A stretch of 64,000 bases of DNA from Squalus acanthias (lineage: Eukaryota): the NCBI GenBank assembly GCA_030390025.1, contig CM059447.1:41478001-41542000 (forward strand), read 5' to 3'. This document shows, in pieces, positions 25,665 to 39,088 of this stretch. Both the position numbers and the translations under genes were made by a program. Each line of letters begins with the position of its first letter. The stretch's first letter is position 1. The notes below the pieces were generated by a model. It did no database searches. It was given only the letters and a program-made list of their open reading frames with translations, and was not told the DNA's origin.

Positions 25665-26226
25665 CTGAAAGTTCCAATTGACTCCCAGCATCCACAGCCT
25701 TTTTAGGAGAGAGTTCCAGATTTCTACGATCCTTTGTGTAAAAAAATGATTCCTAATTTCTCTCCTAAATAGTCTGGCTCTGATATTAAGATTACGCCCC
25801 CGTGCTCCATATCTACCCAGTAAACCACTAGTGAACAAAGAGATGGAAGTTCTCCCACTGTCCGGGCCACATCCCTTCCTCAAACAACACCACCAACAGC
25901 TGTCGATATGGGATATTGTCAAACACAAGATGGCTGCCACCTTTGTCTACATAACAACAGTCACTGCACTCCAAAGTAATTCATTGCAGCTCAAGGGCTG
26001 GAAGATGTGACAAGGTGCTATGTAAATATTAGCATATTGCTCTTTTCTTTTACGTATAGATGGTGTTAACTCCTCCACTAATATAGCAGCGGAATGAATT
26101 TTAGACAAACATGTTAAGTTATACGCTGATCTCCAATGGTATCATTTCAGCACCCAAGCTAACAGAGTTATCGAAACCAGCGAACCTCAATCGTGGCTCA
26201 GTCATCGCCCAGTTAGCCGAGAGCTA

Positions 26227-26329
26227 TTGTTCTGACAAAAGGTCAACGACCTGAAACGTTAACTCTGTTTCTCTCTCCACAGATGCTGCCTGACCTGCTG
26301 AGTGTTTCCAGCATTTTCTGTTTTTATTA
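26227..26329 (+). mobile_element. Penelope-type mini-element (family A) with a mutated hammerhead core
   Basis: gtt-CTGACAA-a-aggtc-aac-gacct-GAA-ACGT-T-aac; 13-bp TSD tagccg/aagagcta (26214-26 / 26330-42). Confidence 0.75.
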
Positions 26330-26689
26330 TAGCCAAGAGCTACGTCTGCCAACTCTTTCACTTACAGATTGCCAGCTCCCATTAACTGGGATGTCATCGA
26401 TATCACCACAATTTACGTCCACAATGAGAAATTGCACACACTACACAAGTATCAGTGTTTCAGCACAGCAAAGGTAAAGTCTGTTCCTTTCGAGCTCTGA
26501 ATCTCAGGAACACATCTCCAGGAAGCGATGACTTAGTTCATAGAATGCTGCAGCACAGAAAGAGGCCATTCGGCCCATCGTGCCTGTGCCGTGTTGAAGC
26601 AATCAAAAAGAAATACACAGATTTCTGATTCAGCAGAGAGTAAGAATGGAAGAAAAGATTACACAGGCAACTTATCACATCTCCCATCA

Positions 26690-26985
26690 TGACTATTGTT
26701 ACATAAGTAAACATGACAACCATATTTACACAGTAAGATCCCACAAAAAGCAATGAAAATGACCGACAAGTTAATCTCCTTTTGGTAACGCGCTTTGAGG
26801 AGAGAACTTCTTCCAGTAGTGCTGCTGAATCTTCAACGTCCCCTTGAACCTCTGGAATGGGCAGTTGGGGCTTCAGTTTAACGTTTTATCTGAAGGACAG
26901 CACCTGAAACAATGCTGCACCTCTTCAGTACTGCACCGAATTGTCAGCCTAGGTTATGAGCTCAGACCCCTAGAGTGGAGGATTG
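26690..26985 (-). mobile_element. Degenerate Deu-type SINE
   Basis: Reverse-complement similarity to the SINE body (agatcccacaaa, tttaacgttttatctgaaggacagcacctg). Confidence 0.65.
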
Positions 26986-27409
26986 GAAGTAGGGTCCTGG
27001 GATGTGGGACAACAGGGTGTATTGGTTCGTGATGTCCTGAGGGCGTTATAGGACACGGCATAGGTGCAAGTGTTTCTTTTCTTTTTCCATTGTGCCATCG
27101 AATGCCCACCCTGCTTCCACTCACTCCCATAACCCTATCATCTGCTGCTGCCCGCTATACCACATGGCACACACAAAATATTCCGTAATGAACTGTATTT
27201 TAAGCAACAAACATCAACTGCTACAATACCATCAAGTGCTGCAGCAGCATCACAGGGCAGTAGCGAAGTGTTTATGATACTGGACTAACAACCCGAGATT
27301 GTGAGTTCAAAATCCCACGTAGACATGTTGTGAATCTAAGTTCAATAAATCTGGCTCGTAATGGAAGTAAACAGCCATTGCCAGAAAAAACCAACTAGTT
27401 CGCCTGGGG

Positions 27410-28748
27410 TATGAATTTGGCTAACAGATAGAGTAGCGGTGGGCGGTTGTTTTTCATACTGGAGGGAAGTGTGCAGTGGTGTCCCCAGGGGTTGGTGTTG
27501 AGACCACTGCTCTTTTTGATGTATATTAATGACCTGGATTTGGATATACAGGGTCATTAATTTCGAGATTTGCAGGTGACACGAAACTCGGAAATGTAGT
27601 AAACAATGAGGATAGTAACAGACTTCAGGAGGACATAGACAGGCTGGTGAAATGGGCAGACACATGGCAGATGAAATTTAACACAGAGAAGTGTGAAGTG
27701 ATACGTTTTGGTAGGAAGAATGAGAAGAGGCAATTTTAAAGGGGATGCAGGAACATGGAGACCTAGGGGTGTAGGTACACAAATCTTTGAAGCTGGCAGT
27801 ACAAGTTGAGAGGGCAACATGGTGGCATAGTGGTTAGCACTGTTGCCTCACAGCGCCAGGGACCCGGATTCGAATCCGGCCTCGGGTGACTGTCTGTGTG
27901 GAGTTTGCACATTCTCCCCGTGTCTGCGTGGGTTTCCTCCGGGTGCTCCGGTTTCCTCCCACAGTCCAAAGATGTGCAGGTTAGGTTGATTTGGCTATGA
28001 TAAATTGACCCTTAGTGTTAGGGGGATTAAATACGCGGGGATAGGGTGGGATATGTGTCGGTGCAGGCTCAATGGGCCGAAATGGCCTCTATCTGCACTG
28101 TGGGGATTCTGTGATTCTGTGAAGGCTATTAAAAAGGCATATGGGATTCTTGGCTTTATTAATAGAGGCATAGAGTACAAAAGCAAGGAAGCTATGCTAA
28201 ACCTTTATAAAACACTGGTTAGGCCTCAGCTGGAGTATTGTCTTCAATTCTGGGCACCGCACTTTAGGAAGGATGTCAAGGCCTTAGAGAGGGTGCAGAG
28301 GAGATTTACTAGAATGGTACCAGGGATGAAAGACTTCAATTACGTGGAGAGACTGGAGAAACTGGGATTGTTCTCCTTGGAGCACAGAAGGTCAATGGGG
28401 GGATTTGACAGAGGTGTTCAAAATCATGAAGGGTTTTGATAGAGTTAATAATGGGACTATTTCCGATGGTGGGAGGGTCGGTAACCAGAGGACACAATTT
28501 TAAGGTAATTGGCAAAAGAACCAGAGGCAACATGAGGGGGAAAAAAATGATGCAACGTATTGTTATGATCTGTAATGTAAGGGTGGTGGAAGCAGATTCA
28601 ATAATAACTTTCAACAGGGGAAAATTTGCAGGGCAATGGGGGGGAAAAAGCAGGAGAGTGGGACTAATTGGATCGCTCTTTCAAAGAGCCGGTACAGGCT
28701 CGATGGGCCAAATCGCCTTCTTCTGTGCTGTATCATTCTATGATTCTG
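27410..28748 (+). mobile_element. CR1 RT and 3' fragment containing a V-SINE
   Basis: LGFINRGIEYKSKEAMLNLYKTLVRPQLEYCLQFWAPHFRKD; attctatg tail. Confidence 0.88.
27812..28121 (+). mobile_element. Full-length HE1-type V-SINE
   Basis: A box tggcatagtgg, B box gattcgaatcc, V domain, CR1-derived stem-loop tail and gattctgt repeats. Confidence 0.9.
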
Positions 28749-28759
28749 TCACTACTCTA

Positions 28760-30100
28760 ACACTGACGCATTCCATTCTTTCTTGGAGGGCAAGGTGGCA
28801 CACAATAACAGGGAGCAGGCAGCCACAGAAGGAGGGCTACACTTCATCCATGTGCTGCCCCCACTAGGAGAGCAGGTCATGGACATCATGGGCCGTGGGC
28901 GCGTCAGGAGCGTGGCGTCTGGCGAGGCTGGAGGACAAACGTTGAAGGGCTTTGAGCCATCTTCCCCTCTCACTTCAATCTCACCCTTACTCATGATACA
29001 TGACCGTTGCTTTCAGAAGCCACTCATCTGTCTCTGCTTACCCATGCCACTAAATGCTAACTCTTCCCCCTTTCTCCCACACAGCCCTCAGGAAGAGGAG
29101 GAAGAAGAAGAAGAGGGCAACACTGCAGAACACAAAGCGTCACTCAACCTTACACTTGCAAACACCAGCTCAGAGTCTGGCACTTTTTTAAAATTTGTTC
29201 ATGGGATCTGGGCGTCGCTGGCAAGGCCAGCATTTATTATCCATCCCTAGTTGCCCTTGAGAAGGTGGTGGTGCATGTAGTTCTGAGGGTAGACTAGTAG
29301 GGTCTGAACAGGGAGATTCACCCAGCATGAGTGTGCAAGGGCAAGGACAGGGAGATAGGACGGGCCAGGAAGCAGCTCACCGGAGAGCATAGGGTACAGA
29401 TGAAGACACGAGGGTCCACCATACGTAAGACTGATAGCAATCCACACGCACCTTCTAAGTGCACTGAGCTGTCTACCAGCGAGCTTTCGCACAATGTCGG
29501 CCAGCATGGAGGAGTCCACCTCCTCACGCAACGCATCGAGACCATGCAGTCAAACATGGAGCGAGTGGTCAGCTCTATGAGCACTGTAGGGGGACCCCCA
29601 TGCCCATGGAGCCTCTGGTGACAGCTTTGATGGAAGCTCAGACAGCTTTCCACTTGGCTCTGGGGTCCAGCATCTCCTCTGGCTTACAAAGCCTAGAGCA
29701 TGGGTCGGTGCTTCGAGAGCACTCCAGCAGGCCTGCACTCTGCTCTCTGGCAGAGCAGTGGAAGTGCTGAGGCCCAGCCTCCTGAGAGTGGCAGGCACTC
29801 CATGAAGGAGCTACCTGCTGTCCTCTCTCAGGATGATAGAATGTCCGTTTCCCCCACCAGCCTCTCAACCAGTGTTCTTGTTGGCGCCAGACAGCCCAGC
29901 CGGGCCAGACTGCCCCGGCCGAAGTCGAGCCCCAGCTAGTCTGCAGCTGGGTCCTCAATGGCCAGAACTGCTCGAGGTCGCCCACCATGTCCATCTCAAG
30001 TGCCCTCAGCAGGGATATTCAGCAGCCTTCCACCCCCCAAGCTGCAACCACTGGGGAACCACCTCATAGAAGCACTTGAATAGGTAACCAAGCACACAAG
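28760..30100 (+). mobile_element. Harbinger Myb/SANT gene remnant (exons 2-3)
   Basis: KVAHNNREQAATEGG..LPPLGEQVMDIMG, acidic EEEEEEE, LNLTLANTSSE; homologous to 46770-47980. Confidence 0.7.
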
Positions 30101-30247
30101 CATACACATCAGCCATGTTCCAGTTGACTGGTGGAACAGGTGCGAGGGGCTGAATGGCCGACTCCTTTCCCTATATTCCAATGTTCCTTCCTATTCCGAA
30201 GACAGGCACTAGAGCTCTGCACAAGGCTGATTTGTAGATAACTCTTG

Positions 30248-30987
30248 GGGGGAAAAATTAGGTCGCGCCCCATTTGGGGCGCAAATATCGTCTGGACGCA
30301 AATATTAGCGCCTGGCGCTAATTATCGCCACTGACTGGAAACTTCACTTTTACCGCCCCGGGAGGTGAGTGGAGCGCTAAATCAGGCGCTGCACACCTGT
30401 CTTAAGGCGCAAAGGCCGAGCAGTGAGGCGCTAACTCAGCGCGCGAGCGCAGCGCAGCTGCTGCCAGTTAGCGAGGGAACACAGACACACTGGCGCGGCC
30501 AGTTCTTAAAGCGGGGGAGGGCCAACTGTTAGGATCAGTAGGCAAAACTACCTCACAAAGCGTTGAGTCAATGCAGAAGTCTCTCTTTCTCTCTCTCCGA
30601 ATCTCTCTCTCTCTCTCAGAACGAGTGGTGCATAAATGTCAACCACAGAAAAAGACAGGAAGAGGCCCCCTTTAAATAGCGCCCCCCCCAGCCCCACAGC
30701 GATTGATAGCGTTCCAGTCTTCCGGTCGTTGGATGCGCCAGGCGGTAAGGCAGGGGGCGCCACTCAATTTCCGCTCCGGGGCGCCACAAGGGCGTTGCAC
30801 CATGGAATGACGTCACAATCTGCGCGCGCAGGTGGTCGCAGCGGTAAAGTTTAGCGCCGCCGCACAATGTCTAGTTAAGTTCCCGAGCGGCGCAAACATC
30901 GCTGCGCCCGGGCGTTAGTGGCTTTGCGCCCCATTAGCGCCCTCTTAAGGCGCTAACGGGAGGCGCAACCAACTGAATTTTTACCCC
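30248..30987. mobile_element. Harbinger-type MITE (740 bp), CpG-rich
   Basis: TIR GGGGGAAAAATTAGGT / GGGGTAAAAATTCAGT; TTG TSD (30245-47 / 30988-90). Confidence 0.85.
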
Positions 30988-31079
30988 TTGGTCTTTATAA
31001 TCTTCCTGATGTAACAGAAGCACCCATGAAGTTGTATTATTTGAGGGCAATGATATGGTGGGAGTCAGGACTGGGTCAG

Positions 31080-31500
31080 ATGGAAGGAGGGAGCGTTGGT
31101 GCTCTGGGCAGGGGGAGAGCTTGTTCAGGAGAAACTCTCCTCAATAATTTCCTGCCTCAAAGCTCTGGCAGCTCGCTGGACTAGGCTCTTCTACTGCATC
31201 GTCTGGCTTCTCATCCCCTTCTTCGCCTTGCTGCTCCACTTCTTCCTCCTGAGGGAGCTCCAAAGCAACTCCCCTTGTGGAGCACGCTGCAAATGATGAC
31301 AAATGTCGAGACTCGCTCCGGTCTGTACTGAAGGACTCCTCCCGAGAGATAGCAGAACCGTTGTTTCAGGAGACCAATGGTTTGCTGAATTAGAATCCTT
31401 GTTGCTGCAGGGCTCTCAGTATATCGGCACTCTGCGTCTATGCTCAGGTTCCTGACAGGAGTCATGAGCCAGTTGGTGAGGAGATAGCCCTTGTCCGCCT
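31080..31500 (-). pseudogene. Harbinger transposase C-terminal fragment
   Basis: ADKGYLLTNWLMTPVRN..ATRILIQQTIGLLKQRFC..VLQYRPERVS. Confidence 0.85.
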
Positions 31501-31884
31501 TGAACATGTACACTGTAAATGTACTGAAGGTGCAATATGAAGCCAGCAGGAGAGAATGTCACAGGTTAAATTATTTCTATCGGACTGCTGTAGAAAGAAT
31601 TTAATACAGTGTCCACTCTCCTTGTGTTAAGAAACACTCATATATGATTTCAGCCTTCCTTCACAGCAGTCATTGATTTCACAGCTTTATCTCTCGGACC
31701 TTATCACATTACGATCTCCTGCTGCCTCTCTTACTTAACCAAAGAACTTGATGTCTTCATGTTAGTCTCCAGCCAGGAATCCGCATCAATTCCCAATTAT
31801 GGCTTTGCTACGCTCATCATTACTGACTGCAACCCAAGTGCTTTCGGCCACCTCTCAGTCCTTTCTGCTCCGACCTCCCTCGCT

Positions 31885-32275
31885 AATGGGTTCAAGTCCC
31901 ACTCCAGAGACTTCAGCACAAAATCTAGACTGGCAATCCCAGTGCAGTGCTGAGGGAGTGCTGCCTTTCGGCCTCGCCTGCCCTCTCAGCTGGATGTAAA
32001 AGATTCCATGGCACTATTTTGAAGAAGAGCAGGAGAGTTATCCCCAGTGTCCTAACCCTAACCCTGGCTAAAATTTATCCCTCAACCAACGCCTAAAAAA
32101 AACAGATTATCCGGTCATTATCACATTGCTGTTTGTGGGAGCTTGCTGTGCGTAAATTTGCTGCTTCGTTTCCCACATTACAACAGTGGCCACGCTTCAA
32201 AAGTACTTCATTAGCTGTAAAGCGCTTTGGGACATCCTGAGGTCGTGAAAGTCATTATATAAATGCTAATTCTTT
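31885..32275 (+). mobile_element. Deu-type SINE
   Basis: B box gggttcaagtcc, body and tail. Confidence 0.85.
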
Positions 32276-33153
32276 CGATTTGAAACTTCTAGCACCTTTG
32301 CATCCCTCCCTTCACTCTAACAAACACGGCCTCCTCCTTACCCCGGTGAGCGATAAATCATTGATCGCCTGCAGTTGCCAGCCTTGTAATCCCATCCCAA
32401 CCACGCCTGACTCAAATATTTTCAGCCCACAAATTGGCCACGTGTTTTACGAGCCCAACCTCCTTGTACAGCAGCCCCACTACAGATCTGTCTCTGAACA
32501 CAACAGGGGGGGGAGTGGTTTAACTCCGAGCGGGACTCGGGCGGGCAGGGGGAGTGGCAAACGCACCTGATGTCAGCAGAGTGAGACCCGTTAACCCCGT
32601 TTGAATCCGATTGGCGGGCTTCCCACGGCCTAATTAAAGCAGGATTGCATCTCTTAAAGGGAGGTTGCATTGCCTGCCCTGAGCTTTGGTCGGAACAGTG
32701 CTGGACAGAACTCTGCTACCAGAAATGCTGCTGGGCTGCTCCCAAGTTTTCTGATGCCTCCCAGGAAGTCCTGGTGGAAGAGGTCAGGGCAAGGGTGGAA
32801 ATATTATTATTGGGACGAAGATAGCTAGGACCAATATCCAGTAGGCCTGTCGAGAGGTGACTGCCAGGGTCAGTGAAAGGCACATCACCCCCAAGGACCT
32901 GGATTCAATGTAGGAAGAGGTTCAGTGATATCACAAGAGCAGCAAGGGTGAATACAGCTCTTCATCTCTCTATCTCCCTCAATACCAGCTGGCAACAATC
33001 CGTTCACCACCATCCCCCCTCCCCAGAACTGTCATCAATACACTCCCTTCCACCACATTCTTCACCACCAATCACAAAAGCACAAGGGGCCACCTCTCAA
33101 TCCCATTCCAAACACACTCACCTCTTCCTTGTTGCCCTCACAGTAGACACGAA

Positions 33154-33340
33154 GGGGTCGAAATTTGACTCGGGCGATGGTGCAAAGAGAGCAGTATCGG
33201 GTCGGCCGGCCGTTATGCGCAGCGCCTGATATTCCATTCCATTGACTGCAGTAGAACTGAATGCCAGATGCTGCGTATAACGGGCGGCCGATCCAATACC
33301 GCCCGTCTTGTGCCACCGCCTGAGATGAATTTCTAGGCCT
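33154..33340. mobile_element. Palindromic MITE (~187 bp)
   Basis: ~75-bp imperfect inverted arms (gtatcgggtcggccggccgttatgcgcagc / gctgcgtataacgggcggccgatccaatac); AAG on both flanks. Confidence 0.8.
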
Positions 33341-33464
33341 AAGAGCGTTATCTACTCAAATGGTAGCGAGTGGAGAAAACTCTCAGGGCTCCTTCCCCCC
33401 TTCACACTTCAGCCATTTGCTTTCCATTCATCAGCTCCCCATTCTGCTTCCAACCTGCTTCTTC

Positions 33465-35948
33465 ATGGGTGATTTTAATCTCCATATTGATTGGACAAAT
33501 CAAATTGGCCATGGTAGCCTTGAGGACGAGTTCATAGAGTGCATCCGGGATGGTTTCCTGGAACAGTATGTAATAGAACCAACCAGGGAGCAGGCTATCT
33601 TGGATCTGGTACTGTGTAATGAGACAGAATTAATAAATGATCTCATAGTAAAGGATCCTCTTGGAAAGAGTGATCATAGCATGGTTGAATTTCAAATTCA
33701 GTTGGAGGGTGCGAAAGTTGCTGTGTCCTGATCTTAAACAAAGGCAATTAAAAATGGCATGAGGGCAGAACTGGCGAAAGTGGACTGGAAAAATAAATTA
33801 AAGGGTAAGACACTTGAAATGCAGTGGTGGACATTTAAGGAGATATTTCATAACTCTCAACAAAAATATATTCCAGTGAGAAAGAAAGATTTTAAGAGAA
33901 GGGGGCACCATCCGTGGCTAATTAAGGAAGTAAAGGATGGCATTAAATTGAAAACGAAGGCATACAATGTTGCCAAGATTGGTGGGAGACCAGAGGATTG
34001 GGAAATTTTTAAAAACCAGCAAAGGATGGCTAAAAAAATAATAAAGAGAGAGAAGATGAATTATGAGAGTAAACTGGCAAGAAATATTAAAACAGATAGT
34101 AAGAGCTTCTACAGGTATATAAAAAGGAAGAGAGTAGCTAAAGTAAATGTTGGTCCCTTAGAGGATGAGACTGGGGAATTAATAATGGGGAACGTGGAAA
34201 TGGCAGAGACTCTGAACAAATATTTTGTATCTGTCTTCATGGTAGAAGACACTAACAACATCCCAATAATGGATAATCAAGGGGCCAGAGGGAGGGGGGA
34301 ACTAAAGACAATCACTATCAAAAAGGAAAAAGTACTTGGTAAATTAATGGGACTAAAAGACGACAAGTGCCCTGGACCAGATGACCTGCATCCCAGTGTC
34401 TTAAAAGAAGTGGCTGCAGAGATAGTGGATGCATTGGTTGCAATATACCAAAATTCCCTGGACTCTGGAGAGGTCCCAGCGGATTGGAAAACTGCAAATG
34501 TAACATCCCTATTTAAGAAAGGAGGGAGACAGAAAGCAGGAAACTATAGACCAGTTAGCCTAACGTCTGTCGTTGGGGAAATGCTGGAGTCCTTTATTGA
34601 GGAAGCAGTAGCAGCGCATTTGGAAAATCATAATGCAGTCAAGCAGAGTCAGCATGGTTTTATGAAAGGGAAATCATGTTTAACAAATTTGCTGGAGTTC
34701 TTTGAGGATCTAACAAGCAGGGTGGACAAGGGTGAGTCAGTGGATGTGGTGTATTTGGATTTCCAGAAGGCATTCGATAAGGTGCCACATAAAAGGTTAC
34801 TGCATAAGATAAGAGCTCACGGAGTTGGGGGTAATATATTAGCATGGATAGAGAATTGGCTAACTAACAGAAAGCAGAGAGTCGGGATAAATGGGTCATT
34901 TTCCAATTGGCAAACGGTAACTAGTGGGGTGCCACAAGGATCAGTGCTGGAGCCTCAACTATCAACTATTTACAATCTACATTAATGACTTGGATGAAGG
35001 GATCGAGTGTAATGTAGCCAAGTTTGCGGATGATACAAAGATGGGTGGGAAAGCAAGTTGTGCAGAGGACTCAAAGAATCTGCAAGGGATATAGACAGGC
35101 TAAGTGAGTGGGCAAACATTTGGCAGATGGAGTATAATGTGGGAAAGTGCGAGGTTATCCACTTTGGCAGGAAAAATAAAAAAGCAAATTATTATTTAAA
35201 TGGAGAGAGATTACAAAATGCTACAGTTCAGAGGGACCTGGGGGTCCTTGTGCATGAAACACAAAAAGTTAGCATGCAGGTACAGCAAGTAATCAAAAAG
35301 GCAAATGGAATGTTGGCCTTTATTTCAAGGGGGTTGGAGTATAAAAGCAGGGAAGTCCTGCTACAACTGTACAGGGTATTGGTGAGACCACACCTTGAGT
35401 ACTGCGTACAGTTTTGGTCTCCTTGTTTAAGGAAGGATATACTTGCATTGGAGGCAGTTCAGAGATGATTCACTAGGTTAATTCCAGAGATGAGGGGGTT
35501 GACTTATAAGGAAAGGTTGAGCAGGTTGGGCCTATACTCATTGGAATTTAGAAGAATGAGAGGTGATCTTATTGAAACATATAAGATACTGAGGGGGCTC
35601 GACAAGGTAGATGCAGAGAGGATGTTTCCCCTTGTGGGGAAATCTAGAACTCGGGGGCATAGTTTCAGAATAAAGGGTCGCCCTTTTAGAACTGAGATGA
35701 GGAGGAATTTCTTCTCTCAGAGGATCGTAAGTCTGTGGAATTCTCTGCCCCAGAGAGCTGTGGAGGCTGGGTCATTAAATACATTTAAGGTGGAGATAGA
35801 TTTTTGCAAGATAAGGGAGTGAAGGGTTATGGGGAGTGGGCAGGGAAGTGGCTTTGAGCCCAAGATCAGCCATGATCTTATTGAATGGCGGAGCAGGCTC
35901 GAGGGGCCAAGTGGCCTATTCCTGCTCCTATTTCTTATGTTCTTATGT
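33465..35948 (+). mobile_element. 5'-truncated CR1 (endonuclease end, RT, 3' tail)
   Basis: MGDFN..SDH endonuclease end; 408-aa ORF with RT motifs; a few frameshifts; ttcttatg tail. Confidence 0.93.
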
Positions 35949-36357
35949 TCTCCAGCTCTCAGCAGATACACTGTATGTAAAAGCACTACCCAACTCCACT
36001 TTCCTGTTCAAAGGTCACTCACTAACTCTCGCCCTCTCTTGCTGCAGGACACAACGACACACTTCGGGAGAGGAGGAACCCTCAACAACAAAGCCCGAAC
36101 AGGAAGCCCTGGAGATTAGTGGCCCAGCAAGAGCCATGAGCCTTGGGAAAAGCGAGGCTAGCGGCTTATCTGAGCAGGGTGTCTGCCTATCACTTGTACC
36201 TTGAAGTCACTCACTTCAAGAAATGGCACATTCAACCAGCTTGGCAACTTCTATTACCTAACTCTTGATAACTCTTGCCTCTTTTCTCTTTCACTCTAGG
36301 TCCTCCTCCACAACAAGAGCCTCCTGAAGAAGACACCTTGGAGGAGAGCAATCCTCC

Positions 36358-36695
36358 TGTGTTTAAATGATAAAGGGATTTGATAGGGTAGATACAGAGA
36401 AACAATTTCTTCTGGTGGGGTAATTCACAACAAGGGGGCATCACCTTAAAATTAGAGCCAGGCCAATTTAAGAACTCAGGAAACACTTTTTCACACAAAG
36501 GGTACTGGAAATCTGGAACTCTCTCCCCCAATACACTGTTAAGGCTGGGGGTCAATTGGAGATTTTTGTTCGGTAAGGGTATCTAAGGATATGGAGCAAA
36601 GGCAGGTAAATGGAGTTGACATACAGATCAGCCGTGATCTAATTGAATGGCGGAACAGGTTTGAGGGGTTGAATGGCCTCCTCCTGTTCCTATGA
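36358..36695 (+). mobile_element. CR1 3' fragment
   Basis: ttttcacacaaagggtactggaaatctggaactctctcccc and 3' stem-loop tail. Confidence 0.8.
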
Positions 36696-37819
36696 TCCTG
36701 AGGATGCATCATCATTGCGCTTCATCCCTTCATAGCACCAGCACAGAGATTGGCCCTCTGGGAAAGTGAGAGAGTGAGTTAGAGGGGGTCTGCACTTGGT
36801 GAAGTGCCCAGCACAGGTGAGCAGGAGCAGGTAGTGGTGACAGGGACATCCCAGGAGAAGTCATCACCCAGCCGTGCTGAGGAGGACAGAGATGCGGACT
36901 TCATGGGCCCAGTCTTGAAAAGAAAGCTGCCTGCCTCGCACAAGGTATTGGAAGGCCTGCCAAGGAGTTTCAGCACCATGGTTGAAAGAATGGAGGAATC
37001 CTCTTTCACCTTGTGCATTGTCATCTTGCATGGCATCGGCACTCTGCAGTCTACCATGGAGCATGTGGCCACCTCCAGGTTGTAGCCAGTCCCTCACAAC
37101 AGGAGTCCATGTTACCAATCTTTGCAGCTTTGGTAGGAGCTCAAACGGCTGCCATCCAGACTGGGCTCCACCTTGGACAGACTGGTGGACTAAATAGATG
37201 GAGGCTTTCAAGGCATCTCTGAGCTCCTCAAATCTGCTCTCCCGCATATCAGTGGGAGGGATGAGCCCCAGACCCACAGAAGCGGCAGGTGTTGCCCTCT
37301 CTCAGGATGTCAGTGCGTCTACTCCCTCACCGCCCTCTCAACCAATACCCACCATGGTGCCAGAAAGCCAGCTGGACCAGACTGCCCGGTCTGCAGCCGG
37401 GCCCTCGCAGGCTCAATTACCCAGATGTCACTGACCACGAGTATCTCAGGGGTCCTCACATGAGGAACAGCTGCCTCCTGTTTGCTCAGGCCTCCAGGAG
37501 AACACCTCATTGGAGGAGTAGACGTAGGTAATCTTCTTTTCAGAAAGGCACCATGGATTGACACTCCGGTGAGTAATTAATTCAAGGCAATTATTGTTTA
37601 TGGAATGAAATTAATCACCTTAATCACTTTTGTCATATCTGTCTGCTGTGTGGTTTCATATCAGCTTCAGAGTTTGCATTGTCAGTATGTCATTGATGCA
37701 GAAGTTTCATCAGAATGGGTTCAACGTTCTTTAATGCAGGATTTAGGCAGAGGCGAAGGATGTTATGAGGCATATTTCTGTTGAGTGGCTTTGTGTAACT
37801 TTTCAGGGCAGGGGATGAG

Positions 37820-38894
37820 CAGGTTAGCAGAATCGCTGATTAGTAATTAACTCAAACCCTGGCATCTCTGGCTCCAAGGCATTGAGGTGGCTTTCCTTCT
37901 TCTGCTCCTTCCTCGCCTTCACCCAGGTCTTCCTCCTCCAAAGCTGTTGGTGTGTCTCCTCCAAATGCAGCCCTCTCTGGGTGGCGAGGTTGGGCAGGAT
38001 ACAGCACACCAACGTGATGTGGACTCTGTGTAGAGCACATTGTAGGGAGCTCCCAGACTTGTTGAGGCTCCTAAACCTTTGGTTGAGGAGCACTGTGGTG
38101 GGCTCAATTACGATCCTAGTGGTCCCATGGGTCTGACTATACCTGTCTTTTTCAGGCATGGTGAGGTTGCCATGTGAGTAGAGGGTTTCATTGTCCCCCA
38201 GCAGCCAGACTGTAACTTTCCTGGAAGGGCTAAATATTGGCGGGATGGTCACAGGATGAAAGCGTTGTGAGAGCTGCCTGGGAACCTATCACAAACTTGC
38301 ATTATTGGTGATTGGAGACGAGCTGGGCAGTAATTTAGTGGTAGCCCTTTCTATTTACAGATGCACAGTCTATCACGCCCTGGACACGAGGGAAGTCGGC
38401 CACTGCTGCAAATCCCCGAGCTCTCTCATGTTGACTGTTGGTGCCAATTGGGACTGTGATATATTGGTTGGCTTTGGCAAAGAGAGCATTGGTGACCTGC
38501 TTGATGCAGCGGTGCACTGCAGATTGGCAGATGCAGGAGAAGTTCCCCTGTTGCAACCTGGAAGGAGCCTGCGGCAAAGAAAGTTAAGGGTGGTGGTGGT
38601 GACTTTGACAGCCACTGACAAAGCATGGCCTCCTGGGCCAACAGGCAGCAGGCCTTGTTGCAGGAGGGTAGATAGGTCCACAAGAGGCTGTCAGGAGACC
38701 TGCAACCTCCTGATCCATTGCTCCTCAGGTCGATCCAGAGGTGCGGCTCTTGGCCTTAGACCCAGAGGGCCGGGTGTGGCCTCCAATGAGCAACGCCAAC
38801 CCAGTTGGCTTCTAAGAGGCCCTCCCGCTGGTTGCTGAGGCTGTTGCTGCTCCTCTTCCTCCACCCAAACCAAAGTGGCAATGATGGCACCCAC
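37820..38894 (-). pseudogene. HARBI1-like transposase, disrupted
   Basis: ALSVAVKVT, CQSAVHRCIKQVTNALF, FPRVQGVIDC, NRKGYH, WLLGD, TRIVIE..LLNQRFRSL. Confidence 0.85.
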
Positions 38895-39088
38895 GGTAAA
38901 CTGTGAGAGTTATTCAGGGCGAGTAAGGCAACAAATATCAGAAAGAAGCAATCTGCAAACTGAAAACACTCCTGCCAATCGAAATAGCGCAATGGCACAT
39001 AGATCCCCATCATCTGATTGCTTGCAGGTGTTTGCCCCTTTAGATAGTACTTCCAATGGCTCCCAGACACCAATCCTGCAGGATTTTC

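Larger units (their letters stand above)
32430..39085. mobile_element. Large decayed Harbinger element (Myb gene on +, transposase on -) with nested insertions
   Basis: Myb exon 1 PKFSDASQEVLVEEV..QCRKRFSDITRAAR|gtgaat (donor 32948); later exons at ~36045-36180 and 36300-37530; transposase at 37820-38890. Confidence 0.75.

Noticed and set aside
24105-25940. 611-aa ORF as a host gene
   Set aside because: It is a chance fusion of SINE/flank sequence, an old CR1 tail and a truncated young CR1 RT; the N-terminus is not a real protein start.
27812-27885. tRNA gene
   Set aside because: The A and B boxes belong to a SINE head that continues into the V domain; the same applies to the Deu-SINE heads.
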